This document shows, one piece after another, positions 1 to 9,453 of a stretch of 64,000 nucleotides of DNA. The stretch spans positions 2,080,001-2,144,000 of the forward strand of contig CBDESU010000001.1 of assembly GCA_965242695.1 (NCBI GenBank), read 5' to 3'. The notes under the pieces were generated by a model. The model ran no database searches. It was not told the DNA's origin and was given only the letters and a program-made list of their open reading frames with translations. The position numbers were made by a program, and so were the translations under genes. The first letter of the stretch is position 1; every line of letters begins with the position of its first letter. This DNA is from Cenarchaeum sp. Its GTDB lineage: Archaea > Thermoproteota > Nitrososphaeria > Nitrososphaerales > Nitrosopumilaceae.

Positions 1-73
1 GGCCGCGCCGGATGGCCGCCATAAACTCGGCCCACACATCGGGAGGCAGTGGCGGTATCGCTGGCCGTACCAT
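1..73 (-). CDS. Partial small protein (5' part), paralog of 421..687 and 1078..1347; runs off window edge
   Basis: Reverse strand from ATG at 73 reads MVRPAIPPLPPDVWAEFMAAIRRG, matching MVLPAIRPLSEEEWNNLVAALRRG; the same upstream promoter-like motif (tatat-gttaccgctcc-gcggcccgcga) precedes it. Confidence 0.75.
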   Translation of the reverse strand, partial: MVRPAIPPLPPDVWAEFMAAIRRG

Positions 74-241
74 GTGACCGGCGGCGCCACATAGGTATAT
101 ATCGTTACCGCTCCAGCGGCCCGCGAGTCTACCCCTCCCGACACTCCGGCCCCTCGATGTGTTGTGCGGGAAGATGCCACGCGATCGTCTAGCCAGCAGG
201 CCGGCCGACAAGACATCAACGCGGCGGTGTGGCGATGGCGC

Positions 242-290
242 ATGGTAGCCGACTCGATCCCGGAAGCAGTAGCCCGCGGCGCGATGGCCC
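242..290 (+). pseudogene. Remnant copy of the larB 5' end
   Basis: atggtagccgactcgatcccggaagcagtagcccgcggcgcgatggccc aligns to 1501-1549 atggacgccgactcgatcctagaggcagtcgccggcggctcgatggccc (MVADSIPEAVARGAMA vs MDADSILEAVAGGSMA). Confidence 0.7.
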
Positions 291-420
291 AGTACAGCTG
301 CCCCATCCTCTGCTGTTGATCGTGCGCCGCGTTGGTGTCGAGGCATTCAGCAAACTCGGGCTTGCAGCACCGGAAGTTGGTAGCACTTCTCACAGGCCTG
401 CACTCACCATGTCAATCTCG

Positions 421-687
421 CTACGTGTCACGCAGAGCCACGCCCCTGGCCTTCCTCACCTGCTCTTCCGCCGCAAACTTCTTCTCCAAGCGGCGCGCCA
501 CCTCGTCCGGGTCGAGGCGCACTATACCCTTTATTGTGCTCGTGTCGGGCAGGACTTTGATGGTCTTGGCAATCTCCTTGGCTCGCTCCACGGCCCGAAC
601 CTGCTCAGGGGTGGGGCCGCGCCGGAGGGCCGCCACGAGGTTGTTCCACTCCTCCTCGGACAGTGGTCTAATTGCCGGTAGCACCAT
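421..687 (-). CDS. Small hypothetical protein (88 aa), tandem paralog; N-terminus resembles the C-terminal helix of DUF1778/TacA antitoxins
   Basis: Near-identical to 1078..1347 over AALRRGP..KKFAAEEQ; TATA-like element ~25 nt upstream; LSEEEWxxLxxALxxxP pattern. Confidence 0.75.
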   Translation of the reverse strand: MVLPAIRPLSEEEWNNLVAALRRGPTPEQVRAVERAKEIAKTIKVLPDTSTIKGIVRLDPDEVARRLEKKFAAEEQVRKARGVALRDT

Positions 688-821
688 GCGGGCGGCGGCA
701 TCATCCTAGTGTATATTGTTACTGATCCGCCCAAGTGCTGCCCGTGCACAGGCAGGACCGCGGCAGCGGTACGGCCGCCATCCACAGGGCGTGCCGGCCA
801 CTCTGGCTTTCGGGCCCGAAA

Positions 822-1082
822 CCTGCCGGCAAGTCCCACAGGCAAGCCCGCGCCATGGCAGGCCGGCAGCGTTGTCGTGCGTCCAAGGCGAGCCTGCCGG
901 CAAGTCCCACAGGCAAGCCCGCGCCATGTCAAGCCTGCTACGGGCCGCGCGAAGCCCCGCCTCCCCGTCAGGTCGATGTTCACGACGAACTCGAGATGTC
1001 AAGCCCGCTACGAGTGCGCGGGGCTGCGGCCGCGTACGGGCCGCCAGCGCGGGCGCCGATTGCGCACGTCAAGCCCGCTACG
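822..1082. repeat. Direct repeats with 70-71 bp period
   Basis: 36-nt cctgccggcaagtcccacaggcaagcccgcgccatg at 822 and 893; 15-nt gtcaagccYgctacg at 928, 998 and 1068. Confidence 0.85.
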
Positions 1083-1347
1083 GGCCGTGCAGGGCTACGG
1101 CCCCGGCCTTCCTCGCCTGCTCCTCCGCCGCAAACTTCTTCTCTAGGCGGCGCGCCACTTCGCCCGGGTCGAGGCGCACTATACCCTTTATTGTGCTCGT
1201 GTCGGGCAGGACTTTGATTGTCTTGGCAATCTCCAAGGCCCGCTCCACGGCCCGAACCTGCTCAGGGGCAGGCCCTCGCCTGAGGGCCGCCACGAACGCA
1301 TCCCACTCTTCCGGCTCGAGCTGCCATGTTCCACGCACTACCATCAT
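1078..1347 (-). CDS. Small hypothetical protein (~89 aa), tandem paralog
   Basis: MMVVRGTWQLEPEEWDAFVAALRRGPAPEQVRAVERALEIAKTIKVLPDTSTIKGIVRLD; start moved to ATG 1347 by homology and the upstream TATA-like motif. Confidence 0.75.
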   Translation of the reverse strand: MMVVRGTWQLEPEEWDAFVAALRRGPAPEQVRAVERALEIAKTIKVLPDTSTIKGIVRLDPGEVARRLEKKFAAEEQARKAGAVALHGP

Positions 1348-1500
1348 GCCCTGCGGCTCCACGCCGTCGTATATTGTTACCGCTCCGGCGGCCCGCGACT
1401 CCCCAGGCCCGTTCGCCCGCCGCACGGGGACATCCCGCGCGCCCGCGCGGCGATCGCCCGGCCGCCAAGCTATTAACGCCCTCTCCGCGCCGGCGGCTAC

Positions 1501-2361
1501 ATGGACGCCGACTCGATCCTAGAGGCAGTCGCCGGCGGCTCGATGGCCCCGGCCGACGCCAAGAGGGCCCTCTCGCTGCACTCGATAGACGTCGTCGGCG
1601 ACTATGCGAGGTTCGACGGGGGGCGCAGGAACCGGCGCGGCGTGCCCGAGGTCGTCTTTGCCGAGGGAAAGCGGATGGAGGAGACGGCCGGCATAGTGCA
1701 GAGGGCCCTCGAGGGGCGCGGGTCCGTCCTAGTATCCAGGATTCCCGAGGCCCACCGCGCCGGCATCATTGCGCGCGGCATGGAGTGCGGGGCCGAGGCC
1801 GACGAGGGGCGCAGCTCGTCGTCGTCCGTCCTGCTCTACACCGAGCGGCCCGACTCGAGGCCGGCCGGCACGGTCGGCATACTGTGCGCCGGCACGTCCG
1901 ACATCGGGGTCGCCGAGGAGGCGCGCCTGATGTGCAGGGCCATGTCGTGCAGCACGGTATGCGCGTACGACGTCGGCGTGGCAGGCATGCACAGGCTGTT
2001 CCCGGCCGTCCGCGAGATGATCGAGGCGGGGGCGGGGGCGATCGTGGCCGTCGCAGGCATGGAGGGGGCCCTGGCGACCGTCGTCACGTCCGTCGTCGAC
2101 GTGCCCGTGATCGGGGTCCCCACGTCCGTCGGGTACGGGCACGGCGGCGGGGGCGAGGGGGCCCTCTCGTCGATGCTGCAGAGCTGCGCCCTTGGCATGG
2201 CCGTCGTAAACATCGACAACGGGATCGGTGGCGGGGCCGCCGCCGCGGGCATATGCCTGGCGGCCGGGCGCAGAGGCGAGGGCAAGGGGGAGAAGGGGGA
2301 GGCGCACCGGCCGCGGGGCCCCGGGGGCCCTCGCGGATGCCTGAGGCCGTACAGGGACTAG
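1501..2361 (+). CDS. larB: Nickel pincer cofactor biosynthesis protein LarB (PurE/NCAIR mutase-like)
   Basis: RRGVPEVVFAEGK, AGTSDIGVAEEA, DVGVAGMHR, AGMEGAL, VPTSVGYG, VVNIDNG motifs. Confidence 0.9.
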   Translation: MDADSILEAVAGGSMAPADAKRALSLHSIDVVGDYARFDGGRRNRRGVPEVVFAEGKRMEETAGIVQRALEGRGSVLVSRIPEAHRAGIIARGMECGAEADEGRSSSSSVLLYTERPDSRPAGTVGILCAGTSDIGVAEEARLMCRAMSCSTVCAYDVGVAGMHRLFPAVREMIEAGAGAIVAVAGMEGALATVVTSVVDVPVIGVPTSVGYGHGGGGEGALSSMLQSCALGMAVVNIDNGIGGGAAAAGICLAAGRRGEGKGEKGEAHRPRGPGGPRGCLRPYRD

Positions 2362-2496
2362 GCGCCGGGTACCCGACCCGTCGCGGCCCGTGGGCTCGCG
2401 GGGCTGCCGGGGAGAGGGGCGCCGACGAAGAGGGCGCCGGGGGCGCACCACGGCCCCGCCGCGCTCGTTTAAATCCAAGGCTGCCTGCCCGCTGGC

Positions 2497-3936
2497 GTGC
2501 CCGCCGCCGTGCCCCGCATCGCAGTCGCCGGCACGTCGAGCGGCGTCGGAAAGACGTCCATCACATGCGGCGTCGTACACGCGTTGCGCGCTGCCTGCGG
2601 GAGGGGGGCCGTCGTGCAGGCGTTCAAGGTCGGCCCCGACTATATCGACACGGCGTACCTGTCCGAGGCGTCGGGGCGGCCGGCTGCCAACCTGGACACC
2701 TGGATGATGGGCCGCGCCGGCGCGCTGGCCGAGCACGACCGCGCGGCAGAGGGGGCGTCCGTATCCGTGATCGAGGGCGTAATGGGGTACTACGACGGGG
2801 CCGGCGACGAGGGTGACCACAGCACGTACCACGTCGCAAGGGCAGTCGGGGCCCCCGTGGCGCTCGTAGTCGATGCGAGCCGCACGGGCCACTCGGTCGC
2901 GGCCGCCGCCGCGGGGTTTGCCAGGCACAGGAGGGGCGCGAACATAGCCGGAGTCATACTCAACAGGGTCGGCAGCGGGCGGCACGAGGACATGTGCCGC
3001 GCGGCGCTAGGGCGGGCGGGCATTGCGGTGCTCGGCGCGGTCCCGAGGGATCCCTCGCTCGCAATCGAGACGGGGCGCCTCGGTCTGGTCCAGGCGCGGC
3101 AGGCCGGCGGCAGGAGGGCGATAGGCAGGATTGCAAGGAGGATTGCGGGCCACCTCGATGGTACTGCCCTGCTCAAGGCGGCTCGGGGCGCGGCAGGCGG
3201 CGCCAAGGGAGGAGGCTCCCGGCCGTCGGCCGTGCCGGCGCCCGCGCAGGATGCCGCCGTCAGGATATGCGTCGCGCGCGACGAGGCGTTTAGCTTCTAC
3301 TACCACAACAGCCTGGAAAACCTGCGCAGGGCCGGCGCCTCGCTGCGCTTCTTCAGCCCGCTCTCGGGCAAGCGCCTGCCCGAGTGCGACATGCTGTACG
3401 TTGGCGGGGGCCTTCTGGAAGAGCATGCCTATGCGCTGGAGAGGAACAGCGCGATGCGCAGGTCCGTCAGGGAGTTTGCGCGCGGCGGCGGGACGGTCTA
3501 TGCAGAGGGGGGAGGCGTGGCGTACCTGTCGGCCGGCCTAGAGTACGAGGACAGGTTGTACGGCATGGCGGGCGTGCTCGGCTGTACCATTGCGGTGACC
3601 GGCAGGCTCCGCCTCGGCTACACCCTGGCCCGCGCAGCGGAGGGAGGCACCCTCGTGGCGCGCAGCGGGGCGGCGGTGAGGGGGCACGCCTTCCACCACA
3701 TGGAGGCGCGCGACATAGTGCGGGGGTCCGCGTTCGCCTACGACGTCGAGAGGGGGCCGTGCATGCTGGAGTGGCGGCCCAGGGGCGGCCGGGCGCCCAT
3801 AAGGGGGGACGGCATGATCGTCGGCAACGTCCAAGCGTCGATGATGCAGGCGTACATCAGCCCTGTGGCGGCGCGACGAGTTGTCCAAGTGGCAAGACTC
3901 AAAGGTAGCAGCATGGGCACTCGAAACAAAATGTGA
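2497..3936 (+). CDS. cbiA: Cobyrinate a,c-diamide synthase (CbiA/CobB family); glutaminase domain degenerate
   Basis: GTSSGVGKT, FKVGPDYID, IEGVMGYYDG, GVILNRVGS, ARDEAFSFYY motifs; YAEGGG in place of the canonical YAECGG. Confidence 0.88.
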   Translation: MPAAVPRIAVAGTSSGVGKTSITCGVVHALRAACGRGAVVQAFKVGPDYIDTAYLSEASGRPAANLDTWMMGRAGALAEHDRAAEGASVSVIEGVMGYYDGAGDEGDHSTYHVARAVGAPVALVVDASRTGHSVAAAAAGFARHRRGANIAGVILNRVGSGRHEDMCRAALGRAGIAVLGAVPRDPSLAIETGRLGLVQARQAGGRRAIGRIARRIAGHLDGTALLKAARGAAGGAKGGGSRPSAVPAPAQDAAVRICVARDEAFSFYYHNSLENLRRAGASLRFFSPLSGKRLPECDMLYVGGGLLEEHAYALERNSAMRRSVREFARGGGTVYAEGGGVAYLSAGLEYEDRLYGMAGVLGCTIAVTGRLRLGYTLARAAEGGTLVARSGAAVRGHAFHHMEARDIVRGSAFAYDVERGPCMLEWRPRGGRAPIRGDGMIVGNVQASMMQAYISPVAARRVVQVARLKGSSMGTRNKM

Positions 3937-4111
3937 CAGCCCGCACTGTCAGGCATCATAAACCCGAGGTGTCGCCACCGCCATCATCCCGCAGATAGAG
4001 GCGCATAGCAGTTTTATACCCCACCTAGGTCGTCCGGCCGTTGAAGATGCCGAGGGGTGGGCAGGAAAAAGCAAGGTGCGTCGGAGGGGGCGCTCTTGAC
4101 GAGTAAGATCA

Positions 4112-4124
4112 CCCCCCCCCCCCC
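4112..4124. repeat. Poly-C tract (C13) just upstream of the mod start codon
   Basis: accccccccccccc gccaccaagaaATG; tract ends 11 nt before ATG 4136. Confidence 0.9.
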
Positions 4125-4135
4125 GCCACCAAGAA

Positions 4136-6592
4136 ATGGTGGGCAAGAAAGAGATTTGCCAGTACACGCACAGTGACAAAAAACGCCCCAACAATCCGCC
4201 AGCAGGCCTAGTAACACCCGGTACAGATCCAGCGAACGACGCAGTGACATACAAACACAACCCGCGCCTGAGTCCATACCTAATCTGGTCTGGAAAACAT
4301 GAGAAGGAAGAATTCAGGGTAGAAACAGTGTCACTCCACGTACACGAACTGATGGACCCACTTACAATAATTGAAAAGGCAGTGCGGTCTGATCAAAATA
4401 TGCAGAGTAACATAACACATTGGTTTGAAACGCCAGATAACATACTTCCGTTACGCGATGCCATTGAATTTTATAAACACGATCAGGGTTGGTCTAACCG
4501 ACTCATTGCTGGCGATTCGTTGTTGGTTATGAATTCACTTTTAGAAAAAGAAGGTATGGAAGGCAAAGTCAAAATGATATATTTTGATCCACCGTATGGT
4601 GTCGATTTTGGATCAAATTATCAAGTGCAAGTGGGTAAGCCAAATGTAAAAGAAAATGATGTTGCAGAAGAACCTGAAACAATAAAAGCGTTTCGTGACA
4701 CATGGAAGTTGGGAATACACTCTTATCTAACATATCTAAAAGATCGCTTAGAACTTGCAAAGAGGATGCTGGCTGATGGCGGTTCGATTTTTCTACAAAT
4801 ATCTCAAGATAATGTACATCATGTAAGGGAGGTGTTAGATGAAGTATTTGGTCCTACCAATTTTTATGCAAACATAATATATGTAAAAACTTCTAGAAAA
4901 GGAACCGATCGCCTAGATTCAATAAATGATTATATATTATGGTACACAAAGGGTGAAATTGCTGAATACAGGCAACTGTTTACAAAGAAAACAAGCTATG
5001 ATCGTTACCAGTATGTTGAAGAGGCAAATGGAACTCGCAGAAAAATAACGGGAAAGAATGATGAGGGTGTGGGCACGTCGAAAAGGTATTTGTTGGATGA
5101 TCCAACGTCACAAACGCCAAATTCAACGACAGACTTTGAATTTGAGTTTGAAGGAACTAAATACAATCCCGGTTCTAGAGGATGGAGAACGAATCTAGAA
5201 GGGATGAAAACACTTGCTAAAAAAAATAGACTCATAGGCAAAACAGATTTGTTGTGGTATGTCAGATATTTCAATGATTTTCCATATATCGAAATTAATA
5301 ATGTTTGGACTGACACACAATCAAGTTTTGCAAAAAAAGTATATATAGTACAAACTAATGTTAAAGCTATCGAACGTTGTATGCTAATGGCAACAAAACC
5401 GGGTGATCTAGTGTTTGATCCAACTGGTGGATCTGGAACAACCGCATACGTGGCTGAAAAGCTTGGAAGACGGTGGATCACATGCGACACGTCACGTGTA
5501 GCAACTGCGGTAGCTAGACAGAGGTTATTAACCAGTGTTTTCGAATATTATGAACTTGCAAATCCTGCACTAGGTGTCAAAGGAGAGTTTAAGTATGCCA
5601 CAGTTCCACGCATAACGCTTAAAAGTGTAGCGACGAATAGTCCACCACAAGATGTGGTGCTTTGGGACAAACCACGCTCAGTAAAAAAATCACGTGTGGC
5701 AGGACCATTCACAGTAGAGGCCGTCCCATCCCCCACAGTCACAGAAATAGAACCGTGCAGGCAGTCTAATGATCAGCCCGCATCGACCGATATTGTACCA
5801 GCCAGTAGCACCCCATCTCGACACGAAAAATGGCGTCACGAACTACAGAGTTCTGGTATTAGAGGAAAATCAAATCAAAAGATTACGTTTATAGAGGTAA
5901 AACAGATTCAAGGAACTAAATGGTTACACGCAGATGCAGAAATAAAAGAAGAAAATCCACAGCGTGCAGTCATCTCTTTTGGCCCAGAACATGCACCACT
6001 AGGTCGTAGACAAGTAGCGCTAGCAATGGAAGAAGCACAAAGGTTGATCCCCACTCCCAAAATGATAATTTTCGCAGCCATGCAGTTTGATCCTGAAGCA
6101 TCCAAAGAAATAGACGGTCTGGATTGGCCAAATGTCACTATTCTTAAAGCTGAAATGAACAAAGACTTACTTACGTCAGATCTTAAAAAAAGCAAATCCG
6201 GAAGTGAAACATTTTGGCTTGTTGGGCAACCAGACATATCACTAGATAAAAATGGTGATTATTACACCGTCAGCGTAAATGGTTTTGACTACTACAATGG
6301 TGACACCGATAAAATAGAGTCTGCTGAAAGCGACAAAGTGGCAATGTGGGAACTAGATACGGACTATGACGGCAGGAGTGTGTACCCACAACAGGTATTC
6401 TTTCCCATGAGCGGCAAAGTAGGCGATTGGGAAAAATTAGCAAAAACACTAAAAGCAAGGATTGATTTAAAGTTAATTGGGATGTACAAAGGAACCAAAT
6501 CTATGCCATTTAAAGCAGGATCATATAAAAGAGCGGCGATTAAAATTATTGATGCTAGGGGTGTTGAATCCATCAAGGTGGTAGATCTCTAA
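4136..6592 (+). CDS. mod: Type III restriction-modification DNA methyltransferase (Mod, N6-adenine, beta class)
   Basis: YFDPPYG catalytic motif IV precedes FDPTGGSGTT SAM-binding motif I; NRLIAGDSLLVM; TAATG-coupled to res. Confidence 0.92.
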   Translation: MVGKKEICQYTHSDKKRPNNPPAGLVTPGTDPANDAVTYKHNPRLSPYLIWSGKHEKEEFRVETVSLHVHELMDPLTIIEKAVRSDQNMQSNITHWFETPDNILPLRDAIEFYKHDQGWSNRLIAGDSLLVMNSLLEKEGMEGKVKMIYFDPPYGVDFGSNYQVQVGKPNVKENDVAEEPETIKAFRDTWKLGIHSYLTYLKDRLELAKRMLADGGSIFLQISQDNVHHVREVLDEVFGPTNFYANIIYVKTSRKGTDRLDSINDYILWYTKGEIAEYRQLFTKKTSYDRYQYVEEANGTRRKITGKNDEGVGTSKRYLLDDPTSQTPNSTTDFEFEFEGTKYNPGSRGWRTNLEGMKTLAKKNRLIGKTDLLWYVRYFNDFPYIEINNVWTDTQSSFAKKVYIVQTNVKAIERCMLMATKPGDLVFDPTGGSGTTAYVAEKLGRRWITCDTSRVATAVARQRLLTSVFEYYELANPALGVKGEFKYATVPRITLKSVATNSPPQDVVLWDKPRSVKKSRVAGPFTVEAVPSPTVTEIEPCRQSNDQPASTDIVPASSTPSRHEKWRHELQSSGIRGKSNQKITFIEVKQIQGTKWLHADAEIKEENPQRAVISFGPEHAPLGRRQVALAMEEAQRLIPTPKMIIFAAMQFDPEASKEIDGLDWPNVTILKAEMNKDLLTSDLKKSKSGSETFWLVGQPDISLDKNGDYYTVSVNGFDYYNGDTDKIESAESDKVAMWELDTDYDGRSVYPQQVFFPMSGKVGDWEKLAKTLKARIDLKLIGMYKGTKSMPFKAGSYKRAAIKIIDARGVESIKVVDL

Positions 6593-9453
6593 TGCCTAAA
6601 AATATACCGAATCTTATAATTTGCAGTCCGTATGAGGAACCCAATAAGCATTGGAAATATGATCACATACGACGGGAGTTCATCCAAATAGTAGGCAGAA
6701 GGCCAGCGGGGTTTGTGACACACTCCGACACAAATCTACAGCATAATCAGCAAGGCGAATTCGTCGAGATTAAGTTGGCGGCAGAGATAAGAAAAAAGGT
6801 CAAAAAATGGAAGAATGAAGGACGTCCAGGAATTACTAGTGTGACGCGCATGCTGTTGGATCATTGGGAAAACGAAAACAGGTATGAAAAACGTCTATTT
6901 TTCTGCCAACTAGAAGCTATTGAGACTCTGATTTGGCTCTCAGAAACATCAGATTCAGAACGTAGAAAAATTAACGTGCCGTCAGACGGAGGAAAATTTA
7001 GTAGACACTGTTGTAAGATGGCCACAGGAACAGGCAAGACTGCCGTCATGGGCATGCTCATCGCATGGCAGGTATGCAATGCAGTCACAAATTCCAGTGA
7101 CCGCAGATTTTCGAAGAATGTGCTCGTAGTAGCTCCAGGCCTAACGGTAAAATCAAGGTTGCAAGTCCTCTATCCAAAAAACACAAACAACATCTATGAA
7201 GAATTTGATTTGATTCCGAATCAACTATATAATAAAATTTTCAAAGGAGTAATTGTGGTGACCAACTGGCACAAGCTTCAACCGGAAACAGATCAACCAT
7301 ACGGTGTAATCAAAATGGGTACAGAAACTGACGATGTCTTTACAAATAGAATACTGGGTCAAGTCAACGGCAAAATTGTGGTGATAAACGACGAAGCACA
7401 TCACGCATATCGAGTAGACAACATACTCAATAAAAAAGATAGAATGGGTAATAGGCAAAACAGAGATCGATTATGGGTTGAAGGACTAGACCGAATACAT
7501 CGTAGCAAAGAAATAACCACTTGTTACGACTTCAGCGCAACGCCATTTGTGTCAACGGGAAAAGGAACAACCAAAGAAGATTTATTTAAATGGATAGTGT
7601 CGGATTTTTCACTTAACGATGCTATTGAATCAGGCCTAGTAAAAACACCCAGAGTGGCAATAAAAGACGACAGCGATGTGTTATCAAAGGATAAAAAATC
7701 GCGCCTAGCGCACATTTACGTAGATAAAGAAGTAAAGTTTGATCTAGGCAAGGATCTGTCCCCATCTAGCCAATTGCCAGATCTTGTGAGAAATGCATAC
7801 ATGCTGTTAGGTAAGGATTGGAGAGAGACAAAAAAAAGATGGGACCTAGCAGGAAGTGATGTTCCGCCTGTTATGATCACAATTTGCAATAAAACTAATA
7901 CTGCTGCACGTATTGTCCACGCATTTCAAAACAACGATTTTGGAATCAGTGAATTGGGTGATGAAAGCTGTTTGTTGCATATCGATTCAGCAGTACTTAA
8001 GAAAGCGGAATCAAGGAACGCCGCAGGGTCAAGCGATCGTCCAGAGTTACTTAGAAAAATGGTCGACACAGTAGGTAAAAGGGGAAAGACGGGCGAAAAA
8101 ATTCAAAACATTGTCGCGGTGCAAATGCTTTCCGAGGGATGGGATGCTAGAACGGTGACACATATCATGGGACTCAGGGCATTCACAAGCCAGCTCTTGT
8201 GCGAACAGGTCATAGGCAGAGGTTTACGGAGAACGTCATATGAAGTCGATTTAAAAACAGGTTTATTCTTTCCCGAGTATGTCACAGTTTTTGGCGTACC
8301 GTTTTCTTACCTCCCCCACGAACTTTCAAAAGGTTTGCCCCCAATCCCAACCATCCCAATCAAGCCGGATTCAAATAAAATAAACCACAAAATATCATGG
8401 CCCAATATAGATAGGATTGACATGGATATTAAGCCATGTCTACAAGTAAACTGGAGCTTGATCAAACCCTTGGTCCTTAAAAGCACCAAGGTGATCACCA
8501 TGGCAGACATGGCGAGGATGGTGGGCGGTGAAGCAGACGAAAAAAATACGACAACGGTAGATATGAGAGATGCAGAATCACAGATCAGGATGCAAAGGGT
8601 AATTTTTACCGCCTCAAAAGCAATTTATAATGATCTCAAACCAGATTGGAGCGGAAATAAAGATGCGTTGATCATGCAGGTCATAAAAATTGTAGAAGAG
8701 TTTATAAATCGAGACTTAGTGACTGTAACGGATTCAACAGGAAGTGTGTTGCGCAAGAAAGTGACCGTAATGTTCAACATGGCCAAAATTGTTGCTCATG
8801 TTTGTAAAGCAATAACAGATTCTAGTGCAGAACACGGACGCATACGTCTTAATCCTATCAATCCAACCAGATCTACCTCGAACATGAGAGAGTGGTACAC
8901 CTCAAAACATACATCACATGCAGCAAAAACACATATAAACTTAGCTGTTTATGACGATACAACATGGGAAATTACTACAGGTTACAAGCTTGAAAAATGC
9001 GACAGTGTCATATCATGGGTAAAAAATGATCACCTAAAATTTTCGATCAAATATATTTACAATGGTATTGCACATGATTATTATCCAGATTTTCTTATTA
9101 CACTCAAAAATGGCGTGACACTTGTACTTGAGATCAAAGGCAGAGACAGTGCTAAAAACAAGACAAAATACAACGCACTAGAAGAGTGGATCAACGCAGT
9201 TAACTCCGACGGACGGTTTGGGGCATGGGCGCATGATATATCATTTGACCCTAGCAATGTCCTTGACATCATAAATAAGCACGTCAAGTTGGGTAATCTC
9301 CTACAGCTGCGTGCTAAATGTTACGTGTGTAACAAAACAGCCATGACTGCAGGCGAAGTAGTAGACATGTTTGGATTTCATAACTTAGACGGTTTTATAA
9401 AACCACAACCACAATGCAGAAGTTGTCGTATAATGCAAAAAGAAAAAAGTTAA
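6592..9453 (+). CDS. res: Type III restriction endonuclease subunit (Res; SF2 helicase + PD-(D/E)XK) with C-terminal Zn-ribbon
   Basis: KMATGTGKT Walker A, NDEAHH, LSEGWD, QVIGRGLR, YPDFLI..LEIKG nuclease motif; terminal CYVC..CRSC. Confidence 0.92.
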   Translation: MPKNIPNLIICSPYEEPNKHWKYDHIRREFIQIVGRRPAGFVTHSDTNLQHNQQGEFVEIKLAAEIRKKVKKWKNEGRPGITSVTRMLLDHWENENRYEKRLFFCQLEAIETLIWLSETSDSERRKINVPSDGGKFSRHCCKMATGTGKTAVMGMLIAWQVCNAVTNSSDRRFSKNVLVVAPGLTVKSRLQVLYPKNTNNIYEEFDLIPNQLYNKIFKGVIVVTNWHKLQPETDQPYGVIKMGTETDDVFTNRILGQVNGKIVVINDEAHHAYRVDNILNKKDRMGNRQNRDRLWVEGLDRIHRSKEITTCYDFSATPFVSTGKGTTKEDLFKWIVSDFSLNDAIESGLVKTPRVAIKDDSDVLSKDKKSRLAHIYVDKEVKFDLGKDLSPSSQLPDLVRNAYMLLGKDWRETKKRWDLAGSDVPPVMITICNKTNTAARIVHAFQNNDFGISELGDESCLLHIDSAVLKKAESRNAAGSSDRPELLRKMVDTVGKRGKTGEKIQNIVAVQMLSEGWDARTVTHIMGLRAFTSQLLCEQVIGRGLRRTSYEVDLKTGLFFPEYVTVFGVPFSYLPHELSKGLPPIPTIPIKPDSNKINHKISWPNIDRIDMDIKPCLQVNWSLIKPLVLKSTKVITMADMARMVGGEADEKNTTTVDMRDAESQIRMQRVIFTASKAIYNDLKPDWSGNKDALIMQVIKIVEEFINRDLVTVTDSTGSVLRKKVTVMFNMAKIVAHVCKAITDSSAEHGRIRLNPINPTRSTSNMREWYTSKHTSHAAKTHINLAVYDDTTWEITTGYKLEKCDSVISWVKNDHLKFSIKYIYNGIAHDYYPDFLITLKNGVTLVLEIKGRDSAKNKTKYNALEEWINAVNSDGRFGAWAHDISFDPSNVLDIINKHVKLGNLLQLRAKCYVCNKTAMTAGEVVDMFGFHNLDGFIKPQPQCRSCRIMQKEKS

